A stretch of DNA of 63,870 nt, counting the filler, from Chrysochromulina tobinii (taxonomy: Eukaryota): the NCBI GenBank assembly GCA_001275005.1. It is 8 parts of 8 records of this genome, joined end to end, with 100 filler letters (N's around TTAATTAATTAA, not from the genome) between each part and the next. Parts side by side here need not be neighbours in the genome. Positions count along the whole stretch, not along the records: positions 28,160 to 35,777 come from JWZX01000932.1; positions 35,878 to 56,403 come from JWZX01000933.1; 6 more parts are not named here. One strand, given 5' to 3'. The notes below the pieces were generated by a model. It ran no database searches and was not told where the DNA came from. It was given only the letters and a program-made list of their open reading frames with translations. The position numbers were made by a program, and so were the translations under genes. Position 1 is the first letter of the stretch. Every line of letters starts with the position of its first letter. Below, piece by piece: positions 34,024 through 46,480 of the stretch.

Positions 34024-34932
34024 TCAGCGAGATAGTCGACCAGTCACACCCACCTTCGTTGTGGTGTCATCGGGGTCGGCTCGTCGCTCCTCCATCGTTT
34101 CGGTAGCCGCTGGCGGCTGGAGCCGGAGCGGCGGGGGTTCGACGTCGACGTGGCGGCTCACGTCGAGCGCGGGCGGAGCGCCAAAGCTCGGCACTATTGT
34201 GGACACGAAGGCGTCAAGCGCTGTGATCGACCACGCCTCTGTGTGGCTGACGATCAGCCCCGTCTCAGGCGAGACTTCGTAGAGCGTGCAGCCGGCGTAC
34301 GGCTTGATGGCGGGGCGCCAGGGCAGCTTGAGGTGGCCGCTCAGGCGCCAATGCGCGACGAACGCGCTCGCGCCGTGCGGCTCCATGCGCGCGAGCTCGA
34401 TGGTCGAGCGATGCGGGTCAAACAGGCCGCGTAGTGCGTCGGTAAACCGGCCAAGCGAACGGACAGGCATGTCCGGGTCGGGCGAGTCAAAGTAGCATGC
34501 GTCATCGTACAGCTGTTGTGACAGGCGGCCGCTGACGTAGTACTGATTCTCGACGATGTCACGCTCTACACCGCGCATCACAGTTGCGAGCGGCAGGTGG
34601 CACGTCTTGGTACCCATCGGCCGCGCCGGCAAGAGATCGTCGAGGCCGAGCTCGTCCCAGAGCGACGAGTCGGACGTCGGCAGCCACGGCCGGTCCAATA
34701 TCGACTTGTGCCGTGCCGCGATGAAGGTCACTACGCTGACGAGCCCCTCGACTGCCTCTCCCGCACGACGGCGGAAAAAGGGGCACGGAATCTGGCGGCC
34801 TCGCGCATCCAAGTTGGCGATAAACTTGCCGAGCGATTGCGGCGTTGCGGTGAGAGCATCAGCGGGCGAGAGCAGCAAGCAGCAGCAGCAAACGCCAGGC
34901 ACGGGCGAGGAGCGACCCCGCCGTGCCGGCAT
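34024..34932 (-). CDS. DUF2358/SnoaL-like protein with a putative signal/plastid-targeting N-terminus
   Basis: YYVSGRLS..LY...C.F.SPDP, WRLSGHLKLPWRP and GLIVSHTEAW. Confidence 0.8.
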   Translation of the reverse strand: MPARRGRSSPVPGVCCCCLLLSPADALTATPQSLGKFIANLDARGRQIPCPFFRRRAGEAVEGLVSVVTFIAARHKSILDRPWLPTSDSSLWDELGLDDLLPARPMGTKTCHLPLATVMRGVERDIVENQYYVSGRLSQQLYDDACYFDSPDPDMPVRSLGRFTDALRGLFDPHRSTIELARMEPHGASAFVAHWRLSGHLKLPWRPAIKPYAGCTLYEVSPETGLIVSHTEAWSITALDAFVSTIVPSFGAPPALDVSRHVDVEPPPLRLQPPAATETMEERRADPDDTTTKVGVTGRLSR

Positions 34933-35720
34933 TTTTGCTCTCGTCTGAAGATGGATCTCTGAAGGCTAATTAGCGCCATCAGTCTGTGCACTGGACAGTT
35001 CTAGTTAAAGTTCAGTGGCAGGCGCCCCCCTCACACCTGGAGTGTCATCATCATCAGAGTGACGCAGAAAGTGTGACAAGGATCATAGAGTTTCAAGAAA
35101 CTTCAGGATTTCGTCAATGATATCAACGTGTTTCGTCTTTAGTTCTTTCGTATAGGTCCTTGATTCTTTAGAGGCACTGGTCCCTGGAAGAAATCTCCGT
35201 AAATACAACGCATATCTCTGGGGTCTGTGCCAAATTGAATCGAAAGTTGTTTGCATCAACATGTTGCCGAGCATGCGCTTCCAAGTTCTCCACAAAACTC
35301 TGACCTCCCTTCATGCATCCCCCCCGGCCGCCGACCGGATCCCCACATGCCCTTCCCGTAGTCACCGGCTGTATACAATCGGAACCCGCCACGACAGCAC
35401 GATGTGGCCTCCAATGTACATCAAGTCAAAGAAACTCCGATTCCTCCCCACCCGCGGCTTGCGTGGGCGAGGGCACGCCCATCCGCTCATCAACCGCCGC
35501 CTCGTCAGCCAGCAAGCCATTCGAGAGGGCCGCCTCGTCCAGTGGCGGCTCGGATCGCGCGGTCGGAGAGGCGTCCATCATGACCTCCCCATCCAAAGGG
35601 TCCTCATCGACCCGGATCGAATCGATGAGACCCTCTACAGTGTCCTTGGAGTCTAGACCCACGTCGGCGGCGGCAAAGCGCGCGGAAAGGTCCTGGCTCA
35701 CGCCTAATGGGTCTTGGTCC

Positions 35721-35777
<57 letters not shown>

Positions 35778-35877
35778 NNNNNNNNNNNNNNNNNNNNNNN
35801 NNNNNNNNNNNNNNNNNNNNNTTAATTAATTAANNNNNNNNNNNNNNNNNNNNNNNNNNNNNNNNNNNNNNNNNNNN

Positions 35878-38800
35878 GGCAGCAGCGGCGCCGGCGCCGG
35901 CGCCAGCGCCAGCGCCGCTGCCGCACCGGCCGCTGCACCGCCCGCTGGAGCCGAGCCTCTCCCACCGACGCCCCGGCAGCTCGCCAAGCTGAGTGAAGAT
36001 CAGTTGGTGCACCTGTGGGGTCTGGTGACGGCTGAGGTGCCCCCCGATGAGCGCCACGTGTACCGCAACACGGCCATCGAGGCACTGTGCGAACTTCTCG
36101 AGGAGCCGACTTCGAAGCTCGCGTATCTCGACCTGAGTGCCACAGCGCTCTGCGGCGTCGATGCGACGGGGAAACCACTGCTCGGGTGCGAGTATACGTC
36201 CGAAGCAGTGGAGCGGCTCTGCTTCGCGTTGCGCTCCGAGCACTGTCGATTGACCACTCTTAAGCTGACCAAGTGCCAGATGCGCACGGCGGAGGCGGCG
36301 GCGCTCGCGCTGGCCGTCAAAGCTTGCTCCGCCCACGGGCCAATGGTGCAGACGCTCGTGCTGGAGGGTTCGTCACTACCCGTGCCGCAGCTGCTCGGCC
36401 TGCGTGAGCTCTCGCAGGGGCTGCACAAGCGCTTCTCGTCCGAGTGCTCCAAATTGCATGGGTCGGAGGTGACGCTCATCGCACAGCTCCTCTCCGAGAA
36501 CACGAGCCTAGAGCTGCTCGATCTCAACTCGAGTGGCCTCAGCGGCGGGCTCTCCGAGATTGCGAGCGCCATCGCCGCTCGCGCGATGCCGCTCACCGCA
36601 CTACACCTCGGCGAGAATGGGCTTTCGGCCGCGCACACGATCGAGCTCGTGCACGCGCTGCGCACAGGCGCGCCACAATTGACGGACCTCGACTTATCGG
36701 GCAACCCGCTCTGCGGTGTCGAAGAGGGCGGCAAGGATGAGTACTCGACCGAAGCGATCGAGACGCTCTGCAGCTGGATCGCCGATGGCGCGGCGCTGCT
36801 CTCGCTCTCGCTCGTCGACGTGGCCCTCTGCGGACTCGCGCGCGATGGCAACGGCTCTTACCAGTCGCGGGGCATTGCGGTGCTCAACGAGACGCTCTCC
36901 TCCGGCCGCGCCGCCCAGAAGCATATCTCGCTCAAGTCGCTCAATATCTCCGGCTGCAAGATTCGCGAAGACGACGCGCACCATCTGGGCAAGGGGCTCT
37001 CGCGCAACCGGACGCTCGAGAAACTCGTGCTCGACAAGACGCCTCTCATGGTGCAGCAGCTCCTGCGTGGCGAGCGGCTCAGCTTGCATTCAGTCGACTT
37101 CAGCGAGGTGGACGCGACACTGATGGCGCAGCTGCTGCAGCAAGATCTGGCGCTCACATGCATCGACCTGGGCGGCGCCAAGCCGTTACCCAAGGAGATC
37201 AAGGTGCTCTCCGACGCGTTTGCACGGCTGCATGGGCGCGCCTCGGTCCGCGAGCTCTCGGTGAGCGGCCGTTGTCTCGGGCTCGAGGCCCTGCACGTGG
37301 CTGCATGCAAGTGCTCACCACGGCGCCCCCACCCTTTCCCCACAGGTGAGCGGCCGTTGTCTCGGGCTCGAGGGTTCGGCCTCGCTCCTCGACGCGCTCA
37401 AGGATTGCCCACTCGAGGTGCTCGACTTGACCGGCAACGAGATCTGCGGCATCAAGGCCACTGGCACCGACCCGTTCAACCCGTTCGTGCTCAAGATGGT
37501 GTGCGCACTCATCATCAAGGAGGGGTGCGCGCTGCGCCGGTTACGCCTCAAGGGCAACCATATGATCGGCAACGACGTGTACACCAGCGAGGCGGTGTTC
37601 CTTTTCTCGGAGGCGCTGCGATCGCCGCGCTGTCGGCTCGAGGAGCTCCAGCTCGGTCTTGTCAACAAGAGCAGCGGCCTGCGCGAGGAGGACGGCATGG
37701 TGCTCGGCACGGCGGTGCAGGCATGCGCGAGCCTCATCAAGCTCTCGGTCACGCGCGCCGAGCTGCCGATGACCGAGCTGCTACACGGCTCAATCTCACT
37801 CGATCTCGAGGGCAAGGGACTCGGGCGCACCGAGATGGGCATCGCCGCACAGATCTTGCGCTCGAACGGCACGCTGCGCACGCTCAAGCTCACCGACAAC
37901 TGCATGGGACCCCACGGCCTACTCGCTCTCGCCGACGCGGTGCGCCACGCCCGCCCCCCACTCGAAGAAGTCTTCATGGGCAATCTGGGCATCTCCTCTT
38001 GCGAGGAGATCTATGTCTTCTTGCGTGCGCTGCGCGAGGGCGGCGCGCCGCTGCGCGTTCTCGACATCCACGGCAACCCGCTGTGCGTCGCCGAGGGCGG
38101 CGCCACCGCCAGCGCGCCGCCGCCGGGCAGCAGCGGCACCCAGCACGGTGGCGCGCCCGACGAGCAGCGCTGCTTGCGAGCCCTTGCCGAGGTATGCGAC
38201 TGGATCACTTCTCCGGGCAATCAGCTGAGCGTGCTCAACCTGCGCGAGGTGATGAAGGAGGAGCTGCCCGCGGAGATCCACCAAGCCGCGCTCACCATGC
38301 TCTGCGCCGCGGTCGGGCATGAGCACTGCGTGCTGCGTGAGCTCAATGTGCACGGCTTTGGCTTCAAGCCCGCATCGGTCACGCTGCTTGCCGAGGCGCT
38401 CCTCCGATGCCCTACGCCGCTCGAGACCCTGGTGCTCGCACGCTGGGCGGTGCCTGTTCGCCGACTCGGGGTCGAGGCTGGACGTCTCACGTTTGGGGGC
38501 GCCAACGGCTGCCAGGAGGATGTGGTGCTTGTCTCACACCTGCTCGGCTCCGACATGCGCCGCGCCTCGCTCCTTTCCCACTCGTCGAGCCCGAACGCGC
38601 CCTCGACGAGCCCTCTTGGCGCCATCCTGCCACTCGTCGGCGCCCCCGCCGCGCCGTCCTTCACAGCGATGGTGCCCAACACAGCGCGCAGGCCCAGAGC
38701 CAATCCGGAGTTGCCCTTCTCGGTGCCCAGCGTCGACGCGGCTGGCAGGGCCGATCGTGCCGCGTTCAAAGGCAGTGGTGGTGACGGCGGCGGTGGCGGC

Positions 38801-41800
38801 GGCGGCGGCAGCAGCAGCGACGATGCGCTCGAGGGCGGCGGTGGCGCGGGCGGCGCCGCGAGCGACGGCATTGTGCGCTGCCTCGACCTCTCTGAGATCG
38901 GAGCCAATGTTGGGAGCGCGGGGCTGTCCGCGATAGCGAGTGTCATCCGCAAGGGGCAGCTGCCGCACCTGTGCAGCGTGATCCTCAAGGACACCTCGTT
39001 GAAGAAGGCGCAGCTCGAGCAGCTGCTGCGGGCGCTGCTCGACGGGGGCTGCGCTGTGGAGGACCTCGAGCTCTGTGGAACTGAGCTCTGCCTCTCGGCG
39101 CCGGGGCGTTTCTGCCTGGATGCTCTCCGGATCGTCTGTGCACTCATCACGCGCGCAGGGAGCACGCTGCGTCGGCTCGGGCTGCGCGGCACGCACCTGT
39201 GCGGCCTGCCACCCGGGAGCGATGTGGGCGACAAGTACAATCTGGAGGGCATCGCCCTCTTGTGTGCGGCGCTGTGCTCGGAACACTGCATGCTCGAGGA
39301 GCTCGACGTCTCCGACAATGGTCTCCGGGCGGAGCGCGAGCCCCAACCGCCCTCGCGCCTGCCCGCTCGCCTGTACGGGCTCACGCGCCAGGACGGGCCG
39401 CAGCTAAGCGCTCTTGTACCTGCGGTGCGCGCGCGAGTGCTGCGCGAGCTGCCGTACCCAGCCATTTTCGCCCGTGCGAGCGCGCGAGGCTTTGAACTGC
39501 CTCCGCTCGAGACGGTGGCGAACCTCGAGGCAAGTGCCTTCCTCGAGCTGTGGGGACAGGCCAACGAGGCCGAGCGACTCGCCGGGAGCCCAGCCAGCGC
39601 CGCGCCCGCCCGCGCGGGGCCGCCAACCTGCGCCGTCCCGGGAGCACCTGGCGCAGGAAACGATGAGGTGGGCCACCTGCAGAGTCACAGCAGCGGCAGC
39701 AGCAGGAGCAGCAGCGTGCTGGCAGAAGGGATCGTGGTGCCGTTGGCCACGCTGGGCTCGGCCGTGGCCGCCGCCGCCTCTGCCGCCGCCGCCGCCGCCG
39801 CAGCCGCGATGAGCCGCGAGCATGCGCCGAGCACGCCATCGCCCCCGATCCCGTCGATGCCCTCGGCGCCCTCGCCCGTTCTGATGAACTTCACCGAGGG
39901 CAGCGGTGTGAATGTGAATGTGAACTTTGCCGAGGGCAGCGGCAGCGTGGGCACGGCGAGCGCACGCGTACGTGTGCCATCAACGGAAATGGGCGCGCAC
40001 ACGGCGCACTATCCCGAGTTCTCAGCCGCCCACACGTCACTCATGGCCAAGCACCTGACACGCGACGCGTATTTATCCATGTGCGAGGTGCGCAGCGGGA
40101 TGGCTGCCTTCACACTCGATCAATCGATCTCGCCCGGCCGGCTGCGCCCGCACGCGGTCATTGGCGCCGTTGCCGCCGACGTCGACTGCTACGACCGTTT
40201 CGTCGCACTTTTCGACAAGATCATCGAGGAGTGGCATTTGCTTCCGGGCTCTCGGCCGGGCAAGCTCGCGCACAACTCGGAGATCGACGCGAACAAACTC
40301 GAGCTCAACGCCGAGCTCAATGCCGAGCTCAACGCCTTCTTGAATGCCGAGCTCAACGCTGCGGGCAGTGCCGCGGGCAGAAGCAGCAGCAGCAGCGTCG
40401 ACGACGGGGAAGGTAGCGAAGGCGGCGGATCGGCGAAGGTTCCAATTGTGACCGCAATTAAGGCTCCAATTGTGACCGTGAGCAGCGGCAGCGCCGAGGC
40501 GAGTGGCGGCGGCGCCGGTCGGGCGGGGTCCCTCCTCGAGGGGGTGCTTGTGCGCGTGGCCGTGAGCCGCAACCTCGCCGAGCATGCATTCACACCGGCC
40601 ATGTCGAGTGAAGACTTTGCGGAGGTCGAGAGGGTGCTCCTTATCGCACTGCGTGCTCTGCCTCAGTGTGAAGGCGGCGCGGGCACGTACACGCCCTTCA
40701 GCAGCCTCGACGAGGCCGCGATGGCGCAGCTGCATGCTGAGGGTCTGCTCGTCGAGCCGGTGGACCCGATGGTCGCCGCGAGCCGAGACGCGGAGAGGCA
40801 TCGCGGCCTATTCCGTACTCCACGCGGCGAACTCGCCGCGTGGATCAACGGCCCCGATCACCTTCAGCTCCTAGCCGTGCAACGAGTGGGTGTGGGCGTG
40901 GACGGCGCAGGTGCCGCCGCCGCCACCGCAGCCGCCGCCTCCCAGTCCCTCGTGCGGACCGTGTTTGAGCTGGTGCACAGCGCACTCGCCTCTGTGGAGA
41001 AGACGATTCGCGAGTCGAACAAGACGTTCGCGCTGCATCGGCGGCTCGGGTACGTGGGCTCGTGCCCGTCCGTGCTCGGTACAGCGCAGCAGGTGGCCAT
41101 CCGACTGCCGTTGCCGCGGCTCGCACAGCTCCCGCCAGGCTCCCTCGAGGAGGTCGCGAGCGAGTTCTCATTGCGCGCGTCGCGCGTCGTGCCGGGCACA
41201 TTCCCGCCCAACGTGGGCCTGCCGCGGGGCGACGCCGACGGCGGCGAGGGGGGCGCCGGGCGCGAGAACTCGGTCGCGAAGCTTCGGGGAAGGTTCCGAG
41301 CACCATCGAGACGGATGCAGTTCGATGGTCGCTCCGATCTCCTCCAATCTGAGCCGATCTCCTCCAATCTGCGGATGCAGCTCGATGGTCGCTCCGGCCG
41401 GGAAGAGCCGTTGGCGCCGCTCTCCGACACGTCGGCGACCAGCACCGCCACCAGCGCTGCTGCCGCCGCCAGCGCTACTGTCGCCGCCAGCGCCGCTGTC
41501 GCCACCAGCGCCGCCGTCGCCGCCAGCGCCGCTCCCACCGCCGCGCCTGCAGCCGGCCCCGAGTTGTGGGAGTTGAGCAACCGCCCATGCATCGGGCGGA
41601 CGGAGGTGCAGCTCGCTCAGCTGGTCTTCGACAGCGCCGCGCTGCTGATGGCCGTGGATCGCCGAATCGGCGCGGGGGAGACGCTGCACGCGGCGATGAC
41701 GCCGCCGCCGCCACCCGAATCCGCCTCGATGCAGCTCGCGCAAGCAGTGCACCGCGGGCGGCCGCACGCGAGGCTGCGCCTGCTCACGCTCTCATCGACG

Positions 41801-44800
41801 CCGCTGCCCGTGCTCGACTGGGCGGGGCGCGCGACGCGACTCTCGCTTGCGGGGCTGCGCGTGTACGACCGTGACGCGGTGCTGCTCTCTGAGCTGCTCG
41901 CACTCAACACGGTGCTCGGCTCGCTGATGACCTCTGATTGCCTCCCTCATCAGGTGCTCGGCTCGCTGATGACCTCTGATCGCCTCCCTCATCAGGTGCT
42001 CGGCTCGCTCGACCTCTCGCAGTGTCGCATGACCGAGGCGGGCACGCTCGCAATCGCTCGCGCGCTGAGCACCTCGATGCCACGTGGCCTGACCGAGTTA
42101 CGCCTGCCGGACAACCGGCTACGCGTCTCGGGCGCGCACGCACTGCTCGACGCGCTCGACGCGGCGCGTTGCCGCCTCGAGTGCCTCGACCTCTCCGCCA
42201 ACGAGCTGTGCGGCGGCACGGTAGCCGAGGATCATTCGTTTGGGCTGCTCAAGGGGTCGGCCGCTCGCCTCTCCGAGCACGGGCAGCTCTGCCGGCTCGA
42301 GTCTGATGGACTCTGCTCCGCTGGGCCGCGCATGGAGCCCTTCTCGGGATGCTACCGCATTGAGTTCGAAGTGCTCCAGGCGACCGACGGCGATGGCGCG
42401 TACGTTGGCGTCATCAAGCCTGACGCGAACAAGTCGTCGTACCCGGGCTCGGATGACAAGGGCGTCGGCTGGCGTGCCAAAGGTGACGTGCGCCACCTAC
42501 ACAACGCCGTAGACATGGGGGGCGCCATCGCGGGCTGGGGGCAAGGTGACAGGGTGGGGCTCATGCTTGACACACACACGTGCGAGCTCACGTTCCTCAA
42601 GAATGGCAAAGCCTTCGAGCAGCGGTACACGGTCTCAATGGACGGTGGCATGTACTTTGCCGTCGGGCGCTACTACGGCTCCTACGTCGTGCGCTGCCTC
42701 TACGTGCACCAGCAGGGCGGCAACGAGGACATGGACTACTCGGCCCTCGAGCGGCTGTGTACGTTCGTGCACGCGCCGGGCAATCGGATGCGCGAGCTGC
42801 GCGTGGCGAGCAACCAGCTCATCGGCGTCTCCAAGTTCCATGGCGGTAGGCGCAACGAGCGAGGGCTGCATCGGCTCATTGCCGCTTTTGGGAGCGAGGC
42901 ATGCGCGCTCACGCATCTCGATGTGAGCGGCAACGGCTTCTCAGCCGAGGACGCGGCCGCTATGCTCGCGGTCGCCATGCGACCGTCCGCGTCCATCCTG
43001 CTGCTCAAGGTGCACCTGTGGCTTGTACCTGTCAAGCAGCTCGCCGCCGATACGGCGCTCGACCTGCGCGGTCAGGGGATGTCGGACGAGGACGCGGCGC
43101 TCCTCGCGCGGCTGCTCGAGAGCCGCTCGCAGCTGACGCGGCTCGACCTGCACGACAACCGTCTGGGCACCAGCGGAGTGGCCGCCCTCGCCAGGGCGAT
43201 CGCCGCCTCTGGAACGCCCTTGGAGTCCCTCGTCCTCTCCGCGAATCGGCTGGGCGCGAGCGCCGCCGCGGCCCTCGTCGACGGACTCGCGGCCATCCAG
43301 CCGCCCACGCTGACGGCGCTCGACTTGTCGGACAACCCACTGACCGAGGGCGCCGCCGCATACGACACACGCGCGATCGGCGCCCTCGAAGCGCTGCTGG
43401 TCGCGCCGGGATGTGTGCTCACGACCCTGGGCCTTTCTGCCACGCAGCTGTGCGGGCGCGATGGCGACACGAGCTACGTGGGCGAGGGCATCGCGCTGCT
43501 CGCGTCCGCGCTGCGTCGCTCGCGTGCGCCGCTCGCCTCGCTCCGTCTCGCAGGCAACCTGATGCGCGACGCCGAGGCCACGCTGCTCTGCACAGCTCTC
43601 TCGGAGCGAGAGGGCGCGGGCTGCGCGCGCCTGTCGCTCGACCTCTCGACCAACTCGCTCTCGTCCGCGCGACTCGCCGAGGTTGGCGGGCTGTGCACTC
43701 TCGTGGCCGCCTTCCAGAAGCCGCTGTGTGAACGCGTCTTCGTGGGCGTGGACAAGTGCGTGTACAGCGCCGTCGCGAGCGAGCATGCCATCTACATGGC
43801 GCACGGCTCGGGACCCATCATTAAGGTGTCGCTCACTGAATGGAAGGAGCTCGGCCGCTTCGAAGGGCATGCCGACGACACCAACTGCCTCGCGCTGCAC
43901 CGTGACCACCTTCTGTCTGGCTCGGATGACTACACGGTCAAGCTATGGCGCACGACCACTTCCGCTGCGGGCGAGGGCTGCTGTGTCGTCACGCTGACCG
44001 GCCACGAGGCACGCGTCTGGTGCGTGCTCGCCACGGACGAGTTCATCTACTCGTGCTCGGCTGACAAGACCATCCTCGTCTGGTCGATGGCCGATGCGCA
44101 GCGCGGCATCGCGACCCTCAAGGGACGGCTCACCGCGCACACGGACGTGGTGTACGCGGTGCGCCTCGCCTTTGGCTCTCTCTTCTCGTCGAGCGCCGAC
44201 AAGACCATCAAGCGATACGCGCTCGACACGCATCGGGTCACGATCTCATGGGAGGCGCACGCGCACTCGATTACATGCCTCGCGGCGGCTGAGCGGCTGC
44301 AGTTGCTCTGCTCGGGCGCCGAGGACGGGCGCATCTGCCTCTGGCATGTAGGCGCGACGACGGCCACTTGCGCCGGCACGCTGAGCGTACGCCCCCACGG
44401 ATCCCGCGCCGCCTCGTCGAACTTGGCTATCTACGCTCTCGCAGTGAGCCCGACGGGCACCGTGCTCTTCTCGGGCGGTGCAGACTACCGCGTGCACATG
44501 TTTGACTTGACGGAGCGCACACTGCTCCACACGCTGACCGGCCACGCTAGTACCGTGCGAGCGCTCTGCTTCACCGCCGCGGGCGATAAGCTGTGCAGCT
44601 CCGGCGGCGATTTCAACCTCCTCGTGTGGGCCCTACACGAAGATCAGAGAGCCGAGGAGGAGCTGCGCGTCAGGGAGGAGGCTGCCACCGCCGTCGCCGT
44701 GGCCGCTGCCGGCGGAGGCGTCGGAGGCGCAGGCCTCCACATATCTCGAGCGGGAGGCGCAGGCGGAGCGGGAGCGGATGGAGTCAGCGCGTCGAGCAAC

Positions 44801-44857
44801 AGTCGAGCAGCCGAGGAGGAGGAGGAGGAGGAGGAGGAGGAGGAGAAGCCGAAATAG
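35878..44857 (+). CDS. Giant LRR - phosphagen-kinase-like - SPRY - LRR - WD40 protein (5'-incomplete)
   Basis: ORF 36004-37260 splices in phase (intron 37261-37345) to ORF 37346-44857. Many RI-type LRRs. ATP:guanido phosphotransferase-like region at about 40000-41670, SPRY at about 42340-42700, WD40 repeats at about 43760-44640. Confidence 0.85.
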
Positions 44858-45330
44858 AAGCCGAAATAGAAGCCGACGCGAAGGAAGAGCCGGAGAAGCG
44901 CCAGGGTACGACTCACGTGCCCCGCGTCATTGAGTATGTATCGCCCACTACGAAGGATCGATCGTGGCTCAAGGACTTGAGCGGGTATTCTGGGTCTGTC
45001 CACACTCCACAGATGGCGGATCGAATTTCGTGTTGCGTCCACCTGTAGCGGGGAAATTGAGCGTTTCCATTTGACCGTTTGATGACTTCTACGGGGTTAG
45101 AATGGAAGTCGGATTCGAGAGTGTCATCCGCGTACCGCGAAGCAACCCACCGGCACTTTAATTCCCCGCACGGGGCCATCACGCACATCCGTCGCGCACA
45201 CCTCTGCCCCGGCGGTCGGCCCACAGTGACACGCGGTCCAGAGCTCTGGCAGTCTCTCTCGGCGGCTCACAAGCTCACAACTCCCCGGACCGGACGAATG
45301 GCCGGACGCGGACCCGTGCGCGTTCCCGGC

Positions 45331-46005
45331 TCACAGAATCGAGGTGACGCCCGGCTCCCACGGCGTGCACCGCGGGATCCAGGCACCCACGCCGGCCCAG
45401 TAGGCCCCATACGGCCCACCAAAGCGCCGCTTCAGATCCGTCTCCTCCCAGCCCATCACCATTATCATCGAGACCCAATAGATGCCGCCGAACACGAGGA
45501 TTCCGATTTCGCCGCTGAGGACGCCCTCACCAACGATGAGCAGGACTATGGAATATGTGACTGGATTACGAATGTATGCGTAGGGACCACTAGTCACGAG
45601 CGCCTTCGGTGGGTCGTGTGATGAGATCGTTCCGTCCGCCTCAGAAAGCTTGGCCGCGGAGGCCGTGAGAAGCCAGAAGCCCAGTAGCATGAAAAGCACA
45701 CCAGCGCCAAGCACGGAGAGGCCAGTGATGGAGACTATGCTATGCCCAAAGAGTGGTGACTGCGGCAGCCAGTGCGAGTGGTGATGGATCGCGTGCGGTA
45801 GAAACGCCGGGAAGAAAAGAGCAAAGTTCACGGGCCCGGTGAGCGAGAAAGCCGCCTTGATTTGCCGCAGATAGTGCACAGGCTTATGGGTGACCTTGGC
45901 CACCGGGGGTTCCAAAACTCGAGAGCTGGCCACAACTCTCGAGCTGGCCAACATGTTTTTGCTGGTGCTGACCTTTGCTGCGAGGGGCTCCTTCTTGGGT
46001 GCCAT
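45331..46005 (-). CDS. Isoprenylcysteine carboxyl methyltransferase / PEMT-family membrane protein
   Basis: LVTSGPYAYIRNP and EE.DLKRRFG..Y.AY...V..WIP, plus transmembrane helices. Confidence 0.85.
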   Translation of the reverse strand: MAPKKEPLAAKVSTSKNMLASSRVVASSRVLEPPVAKVTHKPVHYLRQIKAAFSLTGPVNFALFFPAFLPHAIHHHSHWLPQSPLFGHSIVSITGLSVLGAGVLFMLLGFWLLTASAAKLSEADGTISSHDPPKALVTSGPYAYIRNPVTYSIVLLIVGEGVLSGEIGILVFGGIYWVSMIMVMGWEETDLKRRFGGPYGAYWAGVGAWIPRCTPWEPGVTSIL

Positions 46006-46480
46006 CGAGATTGATGAGCGCGGTGTGAGGGTGCGCCGCCGCGTAGGGTCAGCAACCCCAGAGAGCGATCGATGTGAGCGTAGTTTCAACTTGGTCAAAC
46101 TTCTCGAAGGAGAAGCGAGTTCGAGATAGTTTGAGGTGAGAGTCGAGGATGACGCGCAGAGATGCGTATCTCGCTACCTAAAAACGCCGATGGTCGCTCA
46201 ATTTTCATCAAAAGTTCCGTTCTATGGTCACTGTGCTCACTGGGTCTTCTTCAGTATCTCAGAACTGGAGATCAACTCAGATCTCACATGGTCGGGAGTT
46301 TTCTCGGAAATATCGCCTCAGACCCAACCCGACTTTAAGGTCAATGCACAATGGTTGCGGGTTCTTGGGGTTTATCCAATTGACCCCGGTCAGAGACATT
46401 AACAAGACATCGGATTTCTACTCTCTGTTCAAATTGCAATGTAGTGGCAGACTCGCGCCCGCTGCAACCCACACCTCGAG

